NCBI GenBank assembly: GCA_946965045.2 | Contig: OX337228.1 | Coordinates: 2,728,001 to 2,792,000 of the forward strand | Direction: 5' to 3' | Origin: Epithemia pelagica | Lineage: Eukaryota; Protista; Bacillariophyta | DNA: 64,000 nt | Part shown: in pieces, positions 10,207-18,894 of the stretch | Numbering within the stretch: position 1 is the stretch's first letter | Layout: every line of letters begins with the position of its first letter | Made by a program: the position numbers and the translations under genes | The notes under the pieces: model-generated | What the model saw: the letters and a program-made list of their open reading frames with translations, nothing else | Database searches by the model: none | What the model was told of the DNA's origin: nothing

Positions 10207-12540
10207 ATGTTTGAGTGGGCAAGTACTCCGGATTCTTCGCCCTCCGTGGGGTCGTCAGGTGAGTCTGCTGTTTCTGTGACCGGGGGGGGGACCCTTCGTT
10301 CGGGTTCTCTCTTCGGTGTTGTTCGTATCGAACAAGATACCTTTGAGGCGTCTTGTCGGGGATTTATCGGGGCAGGGCAGCGCGTGTGCATTCGTACGGA
10401 TTGTTCCGTGGCATCACATGCATCCAAGAAGCACGAGTGGAGTAAGTTAGTCGGTGACGATACCTCGGGGATATTTATTCGCGGTGTCAGTGATTCTTCA
10501 AGTTCCGACGCTTCGGACGTTCTGTTTTGTCAACCGGTTCTTCAAGGCCACTACATTCGCACTCTGGATTGGAATGAAATGGAGTTAAGCCCGCGTTCTC
10601 TTGAGAGTTGGCAAGCAACGTTTGCATCACTCAAGCACGCGTCCTCCGAGTCGGGTGAAGGTGTGGATCTCACAACTGCAGCCAAGGTCATGGAAAACAC
10701 TAAGGCTGAAGTGAAGTTTGTAGCTATGACGCCCAACCCCAAGCGCAAAAAACGGGGACATCAAATGTTGGTGGAAACGGTGTCTAGTGAAGATGAAGAT
10801 GAGATGGGCGTCAAGAGTTCCTCAGTCGCTACTCCTCAGAAAAGACGTGTAGTTCCGTGGAAGGCTGTCCCTGAGGACATCGGAAAGGATCAGCCTACAC
10901 CTACTGTCAAAGTGTTGCAAGGTGGGGCTTGGACTAATTTAGTTACCAATGTCAACACGTTGCGTGAGGAACATGAGAAGGAGGGACAGGAAAGGGTAGT
11001 TCTGGAATCGACGCTGGACGGTGAAATCGAGAGGCTGCACGTGAAACTTTCGGTGATCCATGCTTTGTTGGGAGAGAGGTCCGAAGATTTTGGCACTCAG
11101 TCTGCTTTTGAAGTCTTGACACATTGTATGTCAACTGTGCGCGCTCTCCAAGGTTTGGTGGCCAAGCGACTGGAAGCTCCTCTGGATGCGGGTTTCTTGA
11201 ACCGGTTAGAGGAATTGGATCGAAAAATCGAACAAGCTGTGGCCTCTTCCAAGACGATGGTGCAAGAACGGTTGGATGATTTCTTTGCTGACCACAGTGA
11301 CTTTCGTAAGCAGTTTGTTAACCCAACCTTGCAACTTCTCGCGCGTTCCACGACGGATAAGACTGATCCAGGCGGAAAGTGGGCCGAGACGCTTGCCAAC
11401 CTCAAAACCAGGATCGAGAAAGTTGAGCAAGGTGGTGGAGGTTACCCAGTACATTCTGGTTCGACTACCACAAAGCCGCAGGGAGTCTCTTTTGGATGGC
11501 CCACGAGTTTGGTCTCCTCCGGAGGATGGTCTACCCAAGCAAGTTCTGATGGAAACCAATCGCAGTGGATTCAAGGAGAGTTCCAACGAATGAAAGAGGA
11601 AATCAATGAACTCAAGACTAGTATGAGAGATCTCCAACAACAATCGGAAACGGATGCTATTGTTGTTGGATCGATAGTTTTCCCTTCTCGCGGCTTTTGT
11701 GTGTCGTGGATGGCGCGTCATGCGGTCGAAGCAGACCCGCATGTGTTTGTGGACGCTGTATCGTTGTTGTCTCTAGCCACATCGGATGTGAGCTTGGACG
11801 AAGAACGCGCGGCAAATCTGCGGGCAACCACAGCCAAGGTTCGTGATAAGACGCCTTATCACACCGCATATATCGCGTCGTTTAGCCTGGAAGTACCACC
11901 ATTGCTTGGAAAAGGCGCGGACCAGTCGTTGACCACTAACTCAAGAGCTTTGGGAGGAGTACCGAAATTTGAAGACTTTCATCCGCCGTCCGGTCGCGAA
12001 GGAATACACCAACGCATTTTGGACCATGTTAAGGATGGGCGGAGGACCTTGGAACAAGCGATCGGCGACCTGTTTGCGTTTGGAACCGAGCCGGCTAGTG
12101 TCGCTCATGAATTGCTTTTGCAGAGCAAAACATTTTGGGACGACCTGTGCCACTGGATCATCAGGTATCATCAGCAAGTTCAAGCAGAAAGCGAGGCAAG
12201 TTGTCAAGAAGTGTGGATACTTATCTCACACTGCGTCCGAGCAGTCTTTCGAAGCTTGCGTGAAGCCAGGGCCCCAGGTCGAGCCACAAACACTCCTGCT
12301 GGGATGCTTTGGGGCACTTTGAGGGCCCATGAAGTTATGAAAGAATACAGGCAAGCGGATTTCAGCGGACATCCGAAGATAGCCCTCATTCTTCATGAGC
12401 ATCTGATCCGTTTTGCCACGCCGAGATCCAAGTTCTCTGCTTTGAAGGCTGGGTTGGAAGAACGCATGGACAAGTTACAGCGCTCTGTAAACTCGGTAGT
12501 TGCGGCTTCGAACAAAGGCGGAGGAAAGAAAAATGCATGA
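10207..12540 (+). CDS. Retroelement ORF1, gag-like, with N-terminal Cys/His knuckle and coiled coils
   Basis: First ATG at 10207; CRGFIGAGQRVCIRTDCSVASH (C-x8-C-x4-C-x4-H); heptad-rich central region; position upstream of RT. Confidence 0.8.
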   Translation: MFEWASTPDSSPSVGSSGESAVSVTGGGTLRSGSLFGVVRIEQDTFEASCRGFIGAGQRVCIRTDCSVASHASKKHEWSKLVGDDTSGIFIRGVSDSSSSDASDVLFCQPVLQGHYIRTLDWNEMELSPRSLESWQATFASLKHASSESGEGVDLTTAAKVMENTKAEVKFVAMTPNPKRKKRGHQMLVETVSSEDEDEMGVKSSSVATPQKRRVVPWKAVPEDIGKDQPTPTVKVLQGGAWTNLVTNVNTLREEHEKEGQERVVLESTLDGEIERLHVKLSVIHALLGERSEDFGTQSAFEVLTHCMSTVRALQGLVAKRLEAPLDAGFLNRLEELDRKIEQAVASSKTMVQERLDDFFADHSDFRKQFVNPTLQLLARSTTDKTDPGGKWAETLANLKTRIEKVEQGGGGYPVHSGSTTTKPQGVSFGWPTSLVSSGGWSTQASSDGNQSQWIQGEFQRMKEEINELKTSMRDLQQQSETDAIVVGSIVFPSRGFCVSWMARHAVEADPHVFVDAVSLLSLATSDVSLDEERAANLRATTAKVRDKTPYHTAYIASFSLEVPPLLGKGADQSLTTNSRALGGVPKFEDFHPPSGREGIHQRILDHVKDGRRTLEQAIGDLFAFGTEPASVAHELLLQSKTFWDDLCHWIIRYHQQVQAESEASCQEVWILISHCVRAVFRSLREARAPGRATNTPAGMLWGTLRAHEVMKEYRQADFSGHPKIALILHEHLIRFATPRSKFSALKAGLEERMDKLQRSVNSVVAASNKGGGKKNA

Positions 12541-12552
12541 GATGAAAGAGTT

Positions 12553-15500
12553 GTGAAATCACGGGAGGTTCGAAAAAGAAAGGCTGGGCAGAGGGTTGGC
12601 GATGTGGCGATGCGGAAGGAAAAGGTTGGAGAAGTATTTGATGTCGTGATGGCGAAGGATAATTGTTATGTAGAAAGAAGTTCGCCTTGCAACTCGCAAA
12701 CTGGAGTGGAAGAGCGGAAGATTACTCGTTTGCAAGTAGGACAAGGTAATTGTCGAATCGGATTGGCGAGCGGAGGGACACCCTTTTGGTTTTGGGCCGT
12801 CTCTTCGCTCGGCCAAATACAGTGGATTGATGTTCCAGAGGGACATTGGCATAATGGCGAAACGGGCTCGGAAGGATGGAGTCAATTGGCGATAGGACAA
12901 GAAGGAAAACGTACAAGAAATCGGGGATGCAAGAAGGCACGGATCTCATACACTGCCCCTCAAGCTTGGGACAAACGGTCTGATGTGGATGTAGTCCTGT
13001 TTGATGGAGGTTTGTCTCCTGGTCCAAGGCATCCCGTGTGGAAGATGGAGTCGGTGAAGGTGGTGTGTTGGATAGGAGGGAGAAAGGGCGCAGGACCGTA
13101 CGACAAGTCCCAATGGAACACGACGGTGATGCGTCTTTCTCATGATGAGTTGGGTGGTGTTACAACACAAGTGGCCATGATACATGTGGCGGAGCGTTCT
13201 GATGGTTCGACCAGAACACGGTTCGTTGATTGTTGGAGAAATTACATCGAAGGAGGTTTGAGGAAAACAACAATGAGTGGCGTTGTGGATTGTACGGTCC
13301 ATGGTCGACAATGCAAGGCGCCTCCGAGATACGAGCCGGGAGTTCACGAGAGAACCGTGATGGAGCGAAAGTTACATTGGAAAACTGACCAGTCTCGTGA
13401 GCATGTTTTGCCTTGCGTGTTTTCAAGGACTGATTGGGTGCAGAGAAAGTTGTCGTCACGAGAACTGGCAGTGGCGCTTGATTTTCCTGCAGAGTTGCAC
13501 AAACAAGCAACAGATGAGGAATTGAGATGTTGGATTCAAGAATTGAAGGTCCCATTCAAGTGCAGAGTCCAAGTGGCGATGTCACTGAAGGAATGGATGA
13601 GAGAAGAGGAAGATGGGGACGACGGTAGAATAGGAGAATCTAAAAAAGGAGTTAGTCCCTTTGTTTGCCGTGGAAAAGAAGAAGACGAGTTCGATGAATC
13701 ACGAATGACGGAAACCGAAGCGTTGTTGTCGGTTCCTGACGGTGATGAAGGAGTCGGATCTCTTAACATAGAGGAACGACGTGAGGACAGAAACCTCAAG
13801 GCAACAAAATCGGATGACGCGGCTATTCCAACTTACCTTTGGGATGACCGGATTTGTGACAAACTAGGGATTCGAGACGTGAAGAAACAAGCACATTGTG
13901 TCAAGGCTCTGGAGGTCATCCGACGGGGAGCCCTTAGATATTGGAAGCGCCTTGTTTGCTCGGATTTCTGGCGTTGGTGGCGATACCAACGATTTGATAT
14001 TGACGAGAGTGAGGACAAGAGTCGCAAGGAACGCACGATCGCAGCGGGATTGAGTGCTCTAGCACACGCTTCGGAGGCATCGTGGTGGGACTGGGACAAG
14101 GGTTCTTCACCCTTCTTCTGGAGAATCCCAGATGCACAATGGCTTCAAGAAATGCGCGATGGAATCTCTCCGATGTGGATTGGAGATCCACCGGCATATA
14201 GACGGAGACAGAAAGCAAATCCGGATGAGAAACAAAGAGCGTTTGAAACAAAGAAGCTCGCCAAGGTTCGACGTCGCGGATACATTGCCCCCACGAATGG
14301 CATAAAGTCACTTACGAGTTTCTTTTCCGTTCCCAAGGGCGAAGATGATATTCGTATGGTGTATGACGGAACCAAGAGTGGACTTAACGCCGCTCTATTC
14401 GCGCCTTGGTTCGGCTTGGGAAATGTTACGTCAATGTTGAGGACGGTAGAATCGAAAACTTGGTCGGCCGACAACGATTTCGGCGAAATGTTTTTAAATT
14501 TCTGGTTGCACCCTGATTTGCGAGCTTACACAGGAATTGACATTACCGAGTTGTTTCCTGACGAACTCAAGGCAAAGTTTGGTCGAACACGTCTTTGGGA
14601 AACCTGGTCTCGTTGCGCAATGGGGTTGACCACATCTCCATACCAGGCCACTCAAAATGCACAACGAGTAAAGCGTCTTATATTTGGAGACAGGTTAGAT
14701 CCGACGAACATTTTCGGTTGGGCTGACGTGCGATTGAACTTACCAGGTGATTCGGATTATGACCCGAGTCGGCCGTGGATTAGCAAGATTCGCGGGAACG
14801 GCGATATTGCGGCAGATGTCCATCCATATGTGGACGATCTGAGGGAGACAGCCCCTACGGAGGAAGAGGCCTGGTTGGCAGCGAGCAAGATGGCCAAGGG
14901 GGCGGCATACTACGGACTGCAGGATGCTGCACGGAAAAGGCGACCACCCAGTAGAACCCCCGGTGCATGGGCGGGAGCTGTGGTGGGAACGGACGAGAGG
15001 GGACAAGTATTCAAGACGGTGTCCCAGGAGCGTTGGAACAAAACGCGAGGTCATATAGCGACGTTGAGGAAATGGGCAGAGTCGGATCATAAGATCAACA
15101 GAAAAGAGCTCGAGCGAGTGAGAGGATTCTTGGTTTATGTGTCGTTGACCTTCGATACAATGGTACCTTACCTGAAGGGGATTCATCACACGTTGGAGTC
15201 TTGGCGAGACGATCGCGATGAGGAAGGATGGCGATTGCCCGAGAAAGATCGACGAAAGCGGAAACATAGCGAGAGCCAAGAGTCAAATGTCCCGCCGAAG
15301 GAGGTTGTGCAATCTCCAAGATTCAAAAGTGATGTGGCGGCGTTGAGTAATTTGACGAAAGATGAAACACCGCCAAGGATTCAGGCTCGTCCAATTGCGG
15401 GAGCGAAAGTGGCGATTGTATTTGGTGATGCTTCTGGCGAGGGTTTTGGATCCTCGCTGTGGCTGTATGGGGCAAATACAGTGGAGACAGAGCACGGACT

Positions 15501-16362
15501 GTGGACGCGAGAGTATGGCTCTCGTTCGTCGAACTATCGCGAATTGTATAACCTTGTGTTTCGTTTGGAAGCCTTGATTGACGATGGCACAATTCCAAGT
15601 GGCGCTGAAGTGTTTGTTTTCACTGATAATTCGACCGCGGAGTCCGCATTCTATAAAGGCACATCGTCATCTCGACTGCTGTTTGATCTTGTGCTCAGAA
15701 CAAAACGTTTGGAAATGTTGGGGAAGATATTTGTTCGGGTCATTTGGGTTGCTGGAACCCGAATGATAGAGCAGGGAACGGATGGTCTGTCTCGTGGGGA
15801 TCTGATGACGGGCGTGATGGCCGGGGGGAACATGCTCATGTATGTCCCACTCAATAAAACGGCCGAGGAGAGACAAACCGGTTTGGTAGATTGGTTGAAA
15901 AGTATCGCTCCGTCCATGAATTGGAAGGAGCTTACAGCAAAGGATTGGTTCGAGAGAGCTTTTGAGGATGATAACTTTGTTTGGATGCCGCCGCCAGCCA
16001 TTGCTGATGTTGCCGTGGACCAGTTGTGTGAATCACGACACATCCGCACACGAACCGGCCACATTTTCGTCTGCCCTGCCCTGATGACGAATAGGTGGCG
16101 AAAAAAGCTGGGAAAAGTGGCGGATTGCGTTTTTACTGTGCCAGTGGGAAGTGAATTGTGGAGGAAATCTCAACATGAACCTTTGATTGTTGCTTTTGTT
16201 TGCCCCTTTTTGCACAGGCGTCCGTGGCAAGTCAAACGGGCAAAATCAGTATTGGACCAAGTGGACCGGGAACTGCAAGAGCTGTGGCCATCCGGTGCTT
16301 CCTCTGTGCGGGATTGTTTGCGCAAACTTTGGTTGTACAAGGGGGACGAGCAAGACTTGTAA
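12553..16362 (+). CDS. Retroelement ORF2 (pol): C5-MTase-like N-terminus, reverse transcriptase, RNase H, DIRS MT-like tail
   Basis: RT: FFSVPKGEDDIRMVYDG, DFGEMFLNF, CAMGLTTSPY, YVDD. RNase H: FGDASG, SNYRELYNL, FTDNS, GTDGLSR. Tail: WMPPPAIA...HIFVCP. First in-frame ATG at 12610. Confidence 0.92.
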   Translation: MKSREVRKRKAGQRVGDVAMRKEKVGEVFDVVMAKDNCYVERSSPCNSQTGVEERKITRLQVGQGNCRIGLASGGTPFWFWAVSSLGQIQWIDVPEGHWHNGETGSEGWSQLAIGQEGKRTRNRGCKKARISYTAPQAWDKRSDVDVVLFDGGLSPGPRHPVWKMESVKVVCWIGGRKGAGPYDKSQWNTTVMRLSHDELGGVTTQVAMIHVAERSDGSTRTRFVDCWRNYIEGGLRKTTMSGVVDCTVHGRQCKAPPRYEPGVHERTVMERKLHWKTDQSREHVLPCVFSRTDWVQRKLSSRELAVALDFPAELHKQATDEELRCWIQELKVPFKCRVQVAMSLKEWMREEEDGDDGRIGESKKGVSPFVCRGKEEDEFDESRMTETEALLSVPDGDEGVGSLNIEERREDRNLKATKSDDAAIPTYLWDDRICDKLGIRDVKKQAHCVKALEVIRRGALRYWKRLVCSDFWRWWRYQRFDIDESEDKSRKERTIAAGLSALAHASEASWWDWDKGSSPFFWRIPDAQWLQEMRDGISPMWIGDPPAYRRRQKANPDEKQRAFETKKLAKVRRRGYIAPTNGIKSLTSFFSVPKGEDDIRMVYDGTKSGLNAALFAPWFGLGNVTSMLRTVESKTWSADNDFGEMFLNFWLHPDLRAYTGIDITELFPDELKAKFGRTRLWETWSRCAMGLTTSPYQATQNAQRVKRLIFGDRLDPTNIFGWADVRLNLPGDSDYDPSRPWISKIRGNGDIAADVHPYVDDLRETAPTEEEAWLAASKMAKGAAYYGLQDAARKRRPPSRTPGAWAGAVVGTDERGQVFKTVSQERWNKTRGHIATLRKWAESDHKINRKELERVRGFLVYVSLTFDTMVPYLKGIHHTLESWRDDRDEEGWRLPEKDRRKRKHSESQESNVPPKEVVQSPRFKSDVAALSNLTKDETPPRIQARPIAGAKVAIVFGDASGEGFGSSLWLYGANTVETEHGLWTREYGSRSSNYRELYNLVFRLEALIDDGTIPSGAEVFVFTDNSTAESAFYKGTSSSRLLFDLVLRTKRLEMLGKIFVRVIWVAGTRMIEQGTDGLSRGDLMTGVMAGGNMLMYVPLNKTAEERQTGLVDWLKSIAPSMNWKELTAKDWFERAFEDDNFVWMPPPAIADVAVDQLCESRHIRTRTGHIFVCPALMTNRWRKKLGKVADCVFTVPVGSELWRKSQHEPLIVAFVCPFLHRRPWQVKRAKSVLDQVDRELQELWPSGASSVRDCLRKLWLYKGDEQDL

Positions 16363-17764
16363 AGGCATTTGGCACGCCAAATGTTATCGGCAATTATCTG
16401 AAGATCAGTTCCCAGTGTACGAACCAGGAGATCTAGACGATGCTTTGTTGGATAGTGAATTGAATTGCGAGATGGCAGATGATGAGGGAAGGTTTCAAGA
16501 GGCGAGAATCGGCGACGACTTGATGTGCACTTTTCAGTGCGACGAATGCAGCTTCTTCAATCTTCAAGGCCGATATCCCTTCATGGCTAAAGAATCGGAC
16601 AAGCTGCTCATGTTGTGCATTCGGAGAGCGACATTGGATGCGTTCTGGTCCCGAGAAAGAGCAACTGTGGACAAGAACTGGCGAGAGATGAGAAGTCTGA
16701 TATCAACAGGCGAGGCCATGGGCATGGAGCATCCTTTGCCTTCCAGGGGGCCGTGCCCAACGAAAGATGAACAAGGACTTAATGTTGCTTGTTTGATGTT
16801 GATGAAGACTCTCAATCAAGGCCGCAACTCACGACACATCCAGTTTGAGTCGGCTCGAAAAGTGAGGTCGGTTGTCTCCAATTTCTATCACACTCTCCCA
16901 GGAGGAACAGGGCTTGCAACGGTGGGACAAGGAGAAAGAGGTGGATTGTTCTTCAGTGCTAGTACCACCAACAGTCATTGGTACAAAAGATTCATGACAG
17001 GCTGTCATCGAAGGATGGGAGATGTCTGGATTCCAGACCAAGCCACGACGTTGGATGAAGTCAAGGCCGGCCTGGAAATATTGGAGGAGGAATGGCAAGG
17101 TGGAGCGAAAGGCGCTCGTAAAACAGAACTAGCCTTGACTGGAGCTTTGGTAATTGCTGGATTTGTTGCGGCGCTTCGAGGTGAGGAAATTCCGCAAATA
17201 GACGTCGGACTCATGCGAAAATATTGGCAGGAAGGTCTGGATTATGCTCGTAAGAAGCATGTTCCATTGGCGCTTGCGGGTCGATTCAAGCAGACGAATG
17301 GCACCTTTAGGATTTACATCCACCCGTTGGCAGATGAAACTGCATCTGGAGTCAAGGTCAGGTTGTGGTTTGAACGCGCGATACGATGCTTAAACGACAG
17401 CAAGATCGTGTCGGGTCCAATGTTTCGAGTTACCAAACGTAAGGGACAGATCGCTCGAGCATCGGTGGGGGATTTGGATGTGCTGTTCCATGATTTATGG
17501 AAGCGTATCCAACATCGTCGGCCACATCTTATCGCGGAATCTACAAAGATAGAAGAGGCATACAGCGTGAGAAGATCCTTGAGACGAGGTGCAACCACAG
17601 AAGCCCAGAACAGGGGAATTCCGACAGACGTACTAGAGGCCAACAACAGGTGGAGGAAACACTTACGAGGAAGAGGAGTACTGCCCAATATGTCTATGGT
17701 GGAACGATACTCTGATGCCAAAGCGTCGGTTGAGACGCTGGTTCGATTTTCAGAATTGATGTAA
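16187..17764 (+). CDS. Retroelement ORF3, tyrosine recombinase with N-terminal Cys-rich finger
   Basis: ALRGEE (Arg I), RSLRRGATT (box II), NRW, MVERY (Tyr); open frame overlaps ORF2 by 176 nt in the +1 frame; first ATG only at 16472. Confidence 0.9.
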   Translation: MLLLFAPFCTGVRGKSNGQNQYWTKWTGNCKSCGHPVLPLCGIVCANFGCTRGTSKTCKGIWHAKCYRQLSEDQFPVYEPGDLDDALLDSELNCEMADDEGRFQEARIGDDLMCTFQCDECSFFNLQGRYPFMAKESDKLLMLCIRRATLDAFWSRERATVDKNWREMRSLISTGEAMGMEHPLPSRGPCPTKDEQGLNVACLMLMKTLNQGRNSRHIQFESARKVRSVVSNFYHTLPGGTGLATVGQGERGGLFFSASTTNSHWYKRFMTGCHRRMGDVWIPDQATTLDEVKAGLEILEEEWQGGAKGARKTELALTGALVIAGFVAALRGEEIPQIDVGLMRKYWQEGLDYARKKHVPLALAGRFKQTNGTFRIYIHPLADETASGVKVRLWFERAIRCLNDSKIVSGPMFRVTKRKGQIARASVGDLDVLFHDLWKRIQHRRPHLIAESTKIEEAYSVRRSLRRGATTEAQNRGIPTDVLEANNRWRKHLRGRGVLPNMSMVERYSDAKASVETLVRFSELM

Positions 17765-17830
17765 GAGAAGGAAAAATGAAGCAGAGGTGGAGGATACAGA
17801 TGAATATTGAAGAGAGGAACGACCACACGG

Positions 17831-18248
17831 GGTGAAGACTCGACTGCACTACCTAGTGGTGTATGTCCAGGTCGCTTATTGTCTGTCAGCTTGACTGTGG
17901 AAGAGGAGGGGGTTGTTCTCCGAGTTGGTTGCTTGGGGGTGGCACTCCACAGCAGCTGACTACTGTATTACTGCGAAGAGATTTCGAGAGTACAGACTCA
18001 CTTGTGAGTAAAAGGAGGATGGCTCACTGCTTGGACACACGCTCGCCCACAGCAAACGCGTACTGATCAGAATCTGGAGTTCTGGCAGCGCGGCGCGATT
18101 CCGGATCCCTCCCTAAACGGGATTGATGGGTGGGGGGCCTATACCCCCCCAGTGTTGGTTAAGTACTTAATTATAATATTTATCAATGAGCAGTTGAGTC
18201 AGGAACGACGAGGATTGCGATGTGAGGAAAAGTGAGGATCAAGTACCG
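17831..18248 (+). repeat. Split direct repeat B1 (418 bp)
   Basis: Identical by eye to 18477-18894; the ORF track gives the same 67-aa peptide in both copies. Confidence 0.95.
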
Positions 18249-18457
18249 CATCGTACCGCCCCCGGTCAAGAAGGGACCGACGGACGAACGCTGATCGAGT
18301 CATCGCACCCAAAGGAGTTCCTGGAAGAAGAGAGTGTGTTGGGACGGTCTTTGTGAAGACTGTCCCAACAAAGTTTCAACAATCATAAATTGTTGGAAAG
18401 AAGATTTGTGAAGGTCATCGTTGGATTTGATCACCCTACGGTTCTTTACATTCTTCT
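18247..18457 (+). repeat. Split direct repeat A2 (211 bp)
   Basis: Copy of 9949-10159; shares a CG overlap with the end of B1. Confidence 0.95.
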
Positions 18458-18476
18458 TTCGCCCCCCCGCCCGCCC

Positions 18477-18894
18477 GGTGAAGACTCGACTGCACTACCT
18501 AGTGGTGTATGTCCAGGTCGCTTATTGTCTGTCAGCTTGACTGTGGAAGAGGAGGGGGTTGTTCTCCGAGTTGGTTGCTTGGGGGTGGCACTCCACAGCA
18601 GCTGACTACTGTATTACTGCGAAGAGATTTCGAGAGTACAGACTCACTTGTGAGTAAAAGGAGGATGGCTCACTGCTTGGACACACGCTCGCCCACAGCA
18701 AACGCGTACTGATCAGAATCTGGAGTTCTGGCAGCGCGGCGCGATTCCGGATCCCTCCCTAAACGGGATTGATGGGTGGGGGGCCTATACCCCCCCAGTG
18801 TTGGTTAAGTACTTAATTATAATATTTATCAATGAGCAGTTGAGTCAGGAACGACGAGGATTGCGATGTGAGGAAAAGTGAGGATCAAGTACCG
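18477..18894 (+). repeat. Split direct repeat B2 (418 bp)
   Basis: Copy of 17831-18248; marks the right end of the element. Confidence 0.95.

Larger units (their letters stand above)
9949..18894 (+). mobile_element. Full-length tyrosine-recombinase (DIRS-order) retrotransposon with split direct repeats (PAT/Ngaro architecture A1-ORF1-ORF2-ORF3-B1-A2-B2)
   Basis: A repeats 9949-10159 and 18247-18457; B repeats 17831-18248 and 18477-18894; gag-like ORF1, RT/RNase H ORF2, tyrosine recombinase ORF3; CG at both ends. Confidence 0.95.

Noticed and set aside
16200-16212. CCCCTTTTT as a -1 frameshift site from ORF2 to ORF3
   Set aside because: ORF3 is in the +1 frame relative to ORF2; the run is better explained as the polypyrimidine tract of the acceptor at 16217.
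17863-18712. Duplicated 67-aa ORFs at 17863 and 18509
   Set aside because: They are simply reading frames within repeats B1 and B2; no coding signature.
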